From positions 1 to 50,789 of the forward strand of contig JAKBES010000002.1 in NCBI GenBank assembly GCA_021833665.1: DNA of 50,789 nt. The letters run 5' to 3'. Positions 8,652 to 18,800 of this stretch are shown here, in pieces (position 1 is the first letter of the stretch; the number at the start of each line of letters is the position of its first letter). Under the pieces are notes generated by a model. That model made no database searches, was not told where the DNA came from, and saw nothing but the letters and a program-made list of their open reading frames with translations. A program made the position numbers and the translations under genes. Source of the stretch: Acidobacteriota bacterium. Its GTDB lineage: Bacteria; Acidobacteriota; UBA4820; DSQY01.

Positions 8652-9842
8652 ATGGCTTCGCTCGGCATGATGCTCGCTGGATCCGCCCTGGGCCAGGGCT
8701 CGGCCAACTTCGTTCAGGGGCAGACCCAGGGCGCCTTCGACCGCACGCGCCTGGACCAGATGCAGGCCCAGAACGACCAGTCGCAGAAGGTGTGGAACTT
8801 CCAGAACAACCAGATGGACCGGACGCTTCAGGAGCAGCAGATCGGCGACACGCCGGTTGATGGCGCCACCGACGCGGACCGCCTGAGCCAGTTGGCTGAC
8901 ATCGCCGGGAAGACCGGGCGCGGAGACCTCCAGCGGAAGTACAGCACACTCGCCATCCAGGCCCGCCAGGGACAGGCACTCATGGGTGTGGCAAACGCCA
9001 GCCGGGCGATCACCATGGGCCAGTTCGGGCCAGCGGCTCAGATGCTCAACCAGTCGGGGTTGTTCGGGCAGATCCATAGCATTGGCTTGGCTGATGACGT
9101 GGAACAGGATCCCAACAACCCCACCTACTCGGTCTACACGGGTGGAGCTCCTGACGATCAGGAGAACCCGACCCAGGGCCCTCATGTCCACGTGACCCAG
9201 CAGATGCTCTATGCGCTCCAGACGGACCCAAAAGAGGCGCTGCACTGGATCTCCTGGTCTCAGGCCATGGGCCAGAAGAACACCACGGCCCAGAACAAGG
9301 TGGATGCCCAGGCGGCGCATTGGAATGACCAGACCAACCACTGGCAGAACCAGGATGCCGCGGCCCTGCAAAAGGCACGTTCCCTGGGCTCTGGTGGGGC
9401 TGGAAAGCTCACCGACAAGCGGTGGCTCTATCAATGGGCTCAGAGCAGGATCGGCCAACCAGGGGGGTTCAAGGACGACGCCGAGGCCATGCAGTGGGCC
9501 ATGGATCCGAACCGGCAGAACAAGGACTACTGGCAGGCCACCAGGGCTGCTCTGGAGATCAACAAGGGAGGGGGCCTCTTCACGGCCTCTGATTTGGCCC
9601 AGACGATTCGAGATGTCTTGGGCAAGTCCCCTCTCACCCAGTCCCCGGGTGGTCCCGGCACACCAGCACCAAAGCCTGGCGCCAACCCCGCGGCACCCGA
9701 CTTCAAGGGCCTCGGTTTCCAGCAGGACCCCAAGTCTGGCAACTGGAAGAACCCGAAGACGGGCGTCTGGTTCAAGACGGATCAGCAGGGGAATGCGCTC
9801 GCATGGTCGAACACCAAAGGCACCTGGGTTCCGGTCCAGTAG
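8652..9842 (+). CDS. Gln-rich internal-virion/ejection protein candidate, 396 aa
   Basis: AGGAGA before the ATG, Q/N/W-rich composition, and the same positional argument as the preceding gene. Confidence 0.5.
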   Translation: MASLGMMLAGSALGQGSANFVQGQTQGAFDRTRLDQMQAQNDQSQKVWNFQNNQMDRTLQEQQIGDTPVDGATDADRLSQLADIAGKTGRGDLQRKYSTLAIQARQGQALMGVANASRAITMGQFGPAAQMLNQSGLFGQIHSIGLADDVEQDPNNPTYSVYTGGAPDDQENPTQGPHVHVTQQMLYALQTDPKEALHWISWSQAMGQKNTTAQNKVDAQAAHWNDQTNHWQNQDAAALQKARSLGSGGAGKLTDKRWLYQWAQSRIGQPGGFKDDAEAMQWAMDPNRQNKDYWQATRAALEINKGGGLFTASDLAQTIRDVLGKSPLTQSPGGPGTPAPKPGANPAAPDFKGLGFQQDPKSGNWKNPKTGVWFKTDQQGNALAWSNTKGTWVPVQ

Positions 9843-9854
9843 GAGAAGGAAGAT

Positions 9855-12800
9855 ATGTCCTTCAACCCTGATTTCAATCCGGACTTCAACCCTGACGCCA
9901 AGGCTACGGCCGAGGCCAAACCTTTCAACGCAGGGTTCAATCCGGACTTCAACCCGGATGCCAAGGCTACGGCCGAGGCCAAACCTTTCAACGCAGGGTT
10001 CAATCCGGACTTCAACCCGGATGCCGTGACTGCTCCCGTCGCCGTGGCCGACATGCCCTCCACGGCCGGCATCCCGCGATTCGCGGCCAACGAAGGCGAT
10101 AGCCCCCTCCAGGCACCTCCCAGGGCCCTTCAGGGCGCCATCGACCAGGCGAAGGCCGCCCACCAGGCCCTGGTGGAGAAGCTGGTGGCCCAGGGAATGT
10201 CCCGGGAGGATGCCGAAAACTACCAGGTCGGAACCCTCAGCGGCATGTCCCCCGAGGCCTGGCAAGAGACGCTGGCCCAGGACGAAGCGCGACGCAAGAG
10301 TGTGACCCAGCGGATCATCGAGGGGGCAGCCCACGGCGCGGCCACGCCCATTGTGACCCTGGCCAACACCCCCAGCGGCTTGATCCGGGAAGCAGGAAAG
10401 CTCACCGGATCCCAGGCCCTGGAGCAGGCCGGGGAGTCCCTGCGGCCCACGGAGGCACAGCAGATTCTACGGGACACGGCACCGCAGACCGGCGTCGGGA
10501 AGGCCGCGGATTTCCTCGGCAACGTGGGCATGTCCGTGCCGACCCTCGGCGTGCTCGGCACGGCCGGCTTCGCCACCCAGAGCGCCGGCAACACGATGAA
10601 CGAGGCACTGGACAAGGGCGCCAGCCCTGGGAAGGCCCTGGCGGCTGGCGGGCTCCAGGCGGCCAAGGACGTGGCCCTGATGACGGCTTTCAAGCTCGTG
10701 CCGAGCCTCCAGACCACCAACCCGGCCGTGGCCGCCACGGTGAACTCCCTTGCCAAGAACACAGGCATGGGCCTGACCCTGACCTACGGCGGCAACCTGA
10801 TCGACAAGCTGACCTGGGACCCGGAGCGGGGCGTCTTCGATGGAACCCAGCAGGCCCTGGCCACGGGCCTGGCCTTCGGCCTCCTCCATGTGCCGCAGGA
10901 GATGCGCGCCGCCGGCTACCGGCAGCTGGCCCTGGACCATCCGCAGGGCGTGGACGGGTACATCGCAGACCTGCAGGCGAAGAAGGATCTCCTCAGCAAG
11001 ACCGAGGGGGACATGCAGAACACCATCACCGTGAGCCCCGAGGGCAACCGCGTCGAGAATTACGACCGGCAGGCCTTCGACAAGGTGAACGGCTCCATCA
11101 CCGAGGCCCTGCGCGTGGCCAGGAAGTTCCGCGACCAGCTCCTGAAGCAGGGAAAACTGGACGCGGCTCTGGGCACCGGCCGGGTCAACACCCCCACCCC
11201 TTCCCCGGAGGCCCCCCGTGGCGAAAGCTCCCCAGAAGCCCCTGCCCCTGCCTCCCTCGCCGGAGGACCGCCGGTCCCAGCTCCAGAAGGCGGGAGCGGG
11301 CCTCTCCCGGGTGCAGGCCAAACGCCCGGCGCCCCGCCCCTCCCAGCCCCCATCCTCCCCGGTGCTGCCCCGGCCAATCATCCAGGAGTTCCCGCGCCGG
11401 GCAACGCCGGACCCGACAACCCTGCCGCAGGTCCTGGCCCTCAAGCCCCCGCCGAAGCCCCGGAAGTAGCCATTCTGGCCCAGCAGGTCCAGCAGCTTCA
11501 GGGACTCTCTGACCAGATGGCCGCTCGGGCGGCCCAGCATCCCCATGTGGAGGAGGCCCAGCAGGACGCCATTGAGGCGGAAGATTTGCTCCAGGCCGCG
11601 AAGGACCGGCTGGGCTACGTGGCGCCCGAGCACCCCCTTCTCGCGCCTCCTGGGGCCGCCTCTGGCCCAACTGGTAAGGATTCCTTACAGGTTGCCCAGG
11701 CGGCACAACCTGTACCGCAATCGGCACAACCTGTACCGGAACCAGCCCCGACGCCGGCCCAGGTCCAGGCCCTCCAGCCTTCGGGCCACGCCACGACACC
11801 TGCGGATCTGCCAACCCAAACGGAACAACCTGTACCCGAAGTATCTTCTTCCGGTACAGCCCCGGCCGCGCCTCCCGAGAGCCACACGCACACGGCTATG
11901 GACGAGACCTGGGTCCAGGGTAAAGCCCAAGGCCTCGGCCTCACCCTTCCTCGTTGGCAGCCAGGCATGGACACCGGGGCCTATCTGGAGAAGCGTGCCG
12001 AGTCCCTGGCGCAGAACCCCGACGCCTTCCTGAAGCTCTACCAGTCCATCCCCGAAACCATGGGCGGGAAGATCCTGGACGGTGACGTACTGGACATGCT
12101 CCTTAAGGGTGACCACCCCGAGCACTATGACCTGTTCAACAACTTCAAATGGTCGGATCCAGAACAGGAAATGTTCTACGAGGACCATTCCTCCAAACTC
12201 TACAAGACGCTCCTGAAGAACACCTTGGAGCAGCCTGCAAAGGCAGGAGAGCACTTCCTCATCACCATGGGGGCGCCAGGCAATGGCAAGTCCACTGTGG
12301 CTCAGGCCCTTCTGAGGGAACCCGGAGCAGAGCACGTCAAAGGCGTGATTGATACCCCTGGGCGGAACATCAATGACGTGGACAAGGTCATCCGCGCCGC
12401 CAGGGCCAAGGGCTACGCCGTGGATGTCCTCTTCGTGAAGCGGCCGGTTGAGGATGCGGTCAAGAGCCTCATGCTTCGAACCCGCCGGGAAGGGCGAGGC
12501 CTATCCCCTTTCGACACCTCGGAAATGGGCTTGTCCCAGGCTACAGGCCTGTTCCCAAAACTGGTGGGTCGGTTCGCCCAGACCCCAGGCGTGAACTTCC
12601 GCGTGATCGAGAACCGGACAGGGGCCCCCCACCAGGAGGTGGCAAACCTGCATGCCCACGGCCCGGAAGCCACCATTGCTGCGGGGAAGTTGGGCTACAT
12701 AGACCGAGCGGGTAAGCCAATCAATGGTCTTGAATTGGCAGGGAGAGCTGCCAAAGCCTACACTGACACGAGGGATACCCAAGATGCCCGAATCCACCCC

Positions 12801-15800
12801 GAATACATTAAGCGGTTCGACCCCGAGGTTACCAACGCCCTACGATCTCTCCAAGGTGTTCGAGAGCCAGTCGTTCAAGGACGGGGTGATGGAGATCGTG
12901 CACCAGAACGAGGCCAAGGAGCATCTGGCGGGGGAACGGGCACTCCAGAACAAGAAACGGGCGCAGGCCTGGGGCCAGGAGAACAGCCGGTCTCCAGAGG
13001 AAGTGGACCAGTACCGGAAACGCCTGGACAGCGGCAACCTGGAGTAGGCCGCCCCGGCATCCTGACGGGCGCCCGGGCCCTGGCCGGCACGGCCCCCGAC
13101 CACTTCGCCTACCCCTACCAGCAGCTGGGTGATGCGGTGGTGAGCCGGGCCCTGGCCGGCGAGAAACTGGACAACGTGGGCCTGCGCCGCCTGGCAGCCC
13201 AGTTCTTCCATGGCCAGCCCTCGCAGAAGGACCTCTACGACGCCATGGAACTCGGCCTGAACCGCCACATCCTGGCCCACCCCGAGCAGTTCAACGTGGA
13301 GCAGGTCCCCATTGAGGACGTGATCCAGAACCTGGAAGGGCTCGTCTCGAAGCTCCCCACCCAGACCCACCGGGAGGCCGGGGCCAACGAGTTCCAGCAG
13401 TACAGCACGCCCCCCTTCTACGCGGCCGTCGTGGCGTGGGTCGGGAAGGTCCAGCCCTCCGACCTGGTGCTGGAGCCCTCGGCCGGCGTCGGCGGCATCT
13501 CGGTCTTCCCGCGGCTGGCTGGGGCCCGAGTGATGGTCAACGAGTTCGACCGGGCGCGCCGGGCCAAGCTCCTGGAGGCCCTGCCCGGCTGGGAATCCAT
13601 CCGGACGGAAGATGCCCGGTTCATCCACGCTCACCTGCAGAAGGCAGGGGCCCGGCCCACCGTAGTCCTGATGAATCCGCCCTTCTCCAGCACCTCGGGG
13701 AAGGTCCATGGCAAGCGGGACTCGGCCCAAGGGGTGAAGCACATCGACGCGGCCCTGGCCTCCTTGGTCCCTGGCGGGCGCCTAGTGGCGATCATGGGCG
13801 ACATGGAGGGCGCCGCCTGGCGGGCCTACCAGAGCCGCCTCCAGGCCGACCCCAACGTGACGATCCGGGCCCTGGTGGGCGTGGACGGGAAGGCCTACCG
13901 CAAGTACGGCACCACCTTCGACTCGGTGGTGCTGGTCATGGACAAGGTTCCCCCCGTTCCTGGGGCCAAGCCCATCACGGGCAAAGTTGCCAATCTGGAA
14001 GAATTGGCCGATCTTTTGAAGGGGGTCCGCAATGACCGACCTGGTGACCAGCCTGGAAGCCTTTCCTCTCAACCGAGCGGCGGCCCGGCTCCTGAAGCTG
14101 CAGGGGCTCCCGGTGCTGTCCAGCAGCCAGCCGCTGACGCAGGCGGTGGCCGAGGGCCTAAACCACTGGAATCCCAGGGGGGACCAGGACAGCCGAGTGC
14201 TGCCGCGAATCGCCCGGCTGGCGGAAGCGGGAAGCCCGGAGGCCTTCGCGGAGGCGCTGCGCCCGTTCATGTGGCCCCTGGCGTGGGACCCGAAGCAGGC
14301 GAAGGTGGAGGGGCTGCCCCCGTACGGCCCGGAAACGCTGGACCAGTACCTGCCGGCGAACCTGGCGGCCGAGGCGGGGAAGTGCAAGAACCTGTCCGAA
14401 CTCCTGAACATCCTGGAGGGGCAGGAGGCCTGGACGTTCAAAATGACCACGTAGCCCCGGTCCAGGCGCAGACCCTCAAGGCCCCGGCACGCGCCGCAGA
14501 GGCCGACGAGAACCCCGATTCGGTCTTCGCCAACTACCGGCCTTCGAAGGTCTCCTTCCCGGGCTCCCAGCCTCACCTGGGCGACCTGGTGGAGTCCCAG
14601 GCCATGTCCGCGGTGGACCTGCCGGACGCCCGGCCCACGACGAAGCTGCACCTGCCGGAGGAGATGATCAAGACCGGCAAGCTGTCGGAGGCCCAGCTCG
14701 AGGCGGACTATTACGCGACCCAGGCCACGAACCAGATGCTGGATGACGGCCGGCGCCAGGGCTTCCTCATCGGCGACGGGACCGGTGTCGGCAAGGGGCG
14801 CGAGATCGCGGGCTTCATCATGTCCACCCTGAACGCCGGGCATGGGGGCGGCAAGGCGGTGTGGCTCTCGAAGAACACCGACCTCTTTCGGGATGCCACG
14901 CGGGACTGGACCGGCATCGGAGGCCATCCGGACCACCTCATCGACCTCTCCAAGATCAAGGCCACCGAGGGCGCCAAGGGCGCCAAGACAGTGGCGCCCA
15001 TCCCCGTGGAGAAGGGCGTCCTCTTCGGCACCTACGCCGCGGTCACGGGCGAGAAGGGCGAGGTTCCCGGGGCGCGGAAGCTCCAGCTCCAGGAATGGCT
15101 CGGACCCGACTTCGACGGCGCGATCGTGCTGGACGAGGCCCACCTGGCCTCGAACCTCGGCCTGGCCCGAACCAGCCGCGGAAAGGCGAAGCCCTCCCAG
15201 ACGGCCACCGGCATGATGGAGATCCAGCGCATGTTCCCGAAGGCCCGGGTGGTCTACGTGACCGCCACGGTGGCCAGCGACCCCTCCCAGCTGGCCTTCC
15301 TGGACCGCCTGGGCCTCTGGGGGAAAGGCAAATCCTTCGACCGGGCGGCGGATCTCCTGGCGGCCGTGGACAACGCGGGCCTCGCCGGCATGGAACTGGT
15401 GGCCCGTGACCTGAAGGCGCGAGGCCTCTACATCGCCCGGAACCTCAGCTACCACGGCGTCAATTACCGGACCCTGGAGCATCGGCTGTCGTCGGACCAG
15501 ACCGTGGCCTACAACACGGCCGCGGGGGCCTGGCAGAAGGTGCTGGAGAACGTCCACCAGGTCATCGAGGACATGACCGGCGGCAAGAATTCCGGCAAGG
15601 CCAAGGGGGCGGCCCTTTCCAAGTTCTACGGGCAGCAGCAGGCCTTCTTCAACAGCCTGCTCACCAGCCTCACGTTGCCCTCCGCCTTCGCCGACATGCA
15701 GAAGGCCCTCGAGGCAGGCCACAGCGTCGTCGTCCAGCTCACCGAGACCGGGGAGGCCCGCCAGGGCCGGTCCATCGAAGAGGCCACCCAGCGGGCTAAG

Positions 15801-18800
15801 GAAACCGGCGAGGACATGGACGTGGCCGCCCTGGACCTCAGCCCGAAGGACATCCTCATCGGCTTCCTAAAGTCCGGCTTCCCCGTGAATGCCCTGGAGG
15901 AGGTGGAGGACGACCACGGGAACAAGTTCTGGCAGGTGGTCCGGGATGCCGCCGGGAACCCCGTGGAGGATCCCGAGGCCGTGGCCAAGCGGGACGCGCT
16001 GATCGCCGAGATCGCCACCCTCAACCTGCCCGGGTCCGCCCTGGACGAGATCCTGAAGGAGTTCGGGACGGACAAGGTGACGGAGATCACGGGCCGAAGC
16101 GAACGGCGGGTCTTCCTGCCGGATGGAACCGCCAAGATCGAGAAGCGCACCGACAAGCAGGTGGAGGCAGACAAGAACGCCTTCATGGGCGACCAGAAGC
16201 GCATCCTCATCTTCTCCAAGGCGGCCAACACCGGCATGAGCTTCCATGCCGACAACACGGCCCAGAACCGGACCAAGCGCATCCACTACGTCCTGCAGGG
16301 CGGGTGGAACGCCGCGGACGCCATCCAGGGCCTCGGCCGCACCCACCGCACCAACCAGGCCCAGGCCCCGGAGTATGTGCTGGTCACGACCGACCTGGGC
16401 GGCCACAAGCGGTTCACCTCCACCATCGCCCGCCGCATCTCCCAGCTGGGGGCCCTCACCAAGGGCCAGCGCCAGGCCAGCGCCAGCCTCTTCACCGAGA
16501 AGGACAACCTGGAGAGCCCCACCGCCCTGCGGGCCCTCTCTGCCTGGTACGACCAGATCATGCAGGGCCCCATCCCCCTCCCCAACGGGGACAGCCTCTC
16601 CGAGGCGGAGTTCGAGGACGCGACCGGCCTGCACCTCCGGGACCACCAGGGCATGCCGCTCCTGGAACGGCCGCCCATGAAGAAGTTCCTGAACCGCGTG
16701 CTGGCCCTGCCGGTGGACCAGCAGAACGCCACGTTCGACTCCCTGGCCCACCGGATCGAGGAGCAGTACCACCTGGACGAGCAGGCGGGCCTGCTGGAAA
16801 AGGGCCTCCAGAACATCCCCGTGGTGAGCGCCAAGGTGGTGGAGGAGGACCCCTTCTACAAGGACGAGGACACCGGGGCGAAGACGGTCTACCAGAAGAT
16901 CGAGGCCCGGCAGAAGGTGAACTACCTGGACTTCGACAAGATCAACCAGAAGAGCCGCGACTTCGAGGGGTTCTACCAGGATCCCAAGCGCAAGATCCCC
17001 TTCGCCATCACGAAGGGTCGCGCCGAGATGAAGCCGGATGGGACCGTGATCCAGCACTACAAGCTGGCCGGCCCGACCACCATCGCCTACCGCAGCAACC
17101 TCGATTTCGAGAAGCTGGAGCAGCTGGACCCGCAGCAGGCCAAGGAGGCCTGGGAGGCCTACAAGCAGGAGAACGGGGACACGGCCACCAAGAACTTCCA
17201 CATGATCACGGGGGCCATGCTCAACATCTGGAACCGGTTCCCCGCGAACCTCCCCATGGAGGTGGGCCGGATCCGGCTTTCGAACGGCAACACGGCCATG
17301 GGGCGCCTCATCCCCGAGTCCCGCCTGACCGAAGTGCTCCAGCGCATCGGCGCCGAGAAGGCTCTGGATGCCAGCCAGAAGGCCCTGCGGGACATGAAGG
17401 GATCGGGAGTGCTGGATTCTGTGCTCCGGGATGGCCGGATCGTCTCCCTGGCCAACGGCTTCCGGGTGCAGCCCGTGCGCCGGAGCGGCGAGTACTTCGC
17501 GGTGCTCGACGGAGTGCCCCACCAGAGCGCGATGCACGCCCTGGTCCAGCAGTACCAGGGCTGGCGCATGGAGCAGTTCCAGGGCCAGTACGGCGCCCAG
17601 TACAAGGTGGTCATCCCGGATAACCCCGAAGCCAAGGCCAGCCTGGACACCTACCTCAAAGCCGCCCCGGTGCGCTCTGTCTCGGAACCCAGGCCCGGGT
17701 GGGTGCGTCCCCGCGAGGGTGAGCGTGGCGCCGCAGCCGTGGAGCTCCTGACGGCGCCGGCCAAGGTGGTCCAGGCCATCGCGCGCGGCCCGGTCGGGGA
17801 GGCCCTGCGCGGGGCAAAGGACATGCTCAAGGCCGTCGTGGCGCCAGCGACCATCAATGAGATGAGCCAGCGGGCCGCGGACATCCACAGCGGGAAGCTG
17901 GCCCAGCTGCACCTGCAGGACGCGCGCGCGCGGAAGGTGCTCGAGCATGCCCACAAAGCCATGGCGGGGATGACCAAGGACCAGGTGCTGGACCTCTTCG
18001 ATGTGCTGGAGGGGAAGGAAGACCTCTCCACCATCGAGGACCCAAAGATCGCAGACGCCATCAACTTCATGCGGAAGACCCTGGAGCAGGACTACCTGGA
18101 CGTGGTTGCGACCGGGAAGAGCCTCAACTACATCGAGAACTACTTCCCCCACATGTACGCCAAGCCAGAGAAGGCCCGGCCATTCCTAGAGGAGTATGCC
18201 AAGCGGCCCATGGCCGGGCGGCAGGATTGGGCCAAACACCGCTCCATCCCCTACCTCTCCGAGGCGGTGCGGGAGCGGGGCCTGGAACCGGCCTCCTGGA
18301 ACCCCATTGACCTCTTCCTGGCCCGGCACTTCGATATGCAGAAGTTCGTCGCAGCCCACCAGATCCTCGATGCCTTCAAGAAGGAGCGGGTTGGCGGTGC
18401 GAAGATCATCCGGTACTACAAGGCCATCCAGACGCCGCCCGAGGGCTTCGTCAAGCTGGATGACCGCATCGCGGAGATCACCAGCATCCGCTCAGCCCTC
18501 GTGAAGAGCCCGGAAACGGGTAGGTTTGAGGGGAAGCCACTGCTCCCTGGCTCGAAGATCACCTACGGCAGCTACTACGCCCCTGCGGCCGTGGCCCGGA
18601 TCTTCAACAACTACCTCTCCCCAGGCCTGGACGGGACCCTGCTGCGCACGCCCTACCGGTTTGTCCGGAGGGCCAACAACTTCCTCAACATGGGTCAGCT
18701 CGGGCTCTCCGGGTTCCACGCCACCTTCATCACCATTGAGGGCGCGGCCGGGAGCCTCAGCCGCGGCATGATGAAAATCATCCGGGATGGGAATCCGGAG

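Noticed and set aside
8568-10334. 588-aa minus-strand ORF antisense to the internal-protein genes and the start of the giant gene
   Set aside because: Its composition is R/G/L/P/H-rich, which is typical of shadow ORFs in high-GC DNA. It lies opposite + strand genes that have ribosome-binding sites and coherent sequence. No motif was recognised.
13045-14454. Stop-codon (TAG) recoding, or programmed frameshifting, as the explanation for the nested +1 ORFs
   Set aside because: Reading through either TAG in the +1 frame hits another stop within a few codons, and native usage moves to the other frame. No slippery sequence sits at the frame-0 to frame-+1 transition points, whereas both +1 ORFs have their own SD-ATG.
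13782-18152. 646-aa and 761-aa minus-strand ORFs (13782-15722, 15867-18152) antisense to the giant ORF
   Set aside because: They lie opposite the clearly recognisable MTase and helicase motifs, and their translations are low-complexity G/R/L/H/P strings. They are stop-poor antisense frames of GC-rich coding DNA.
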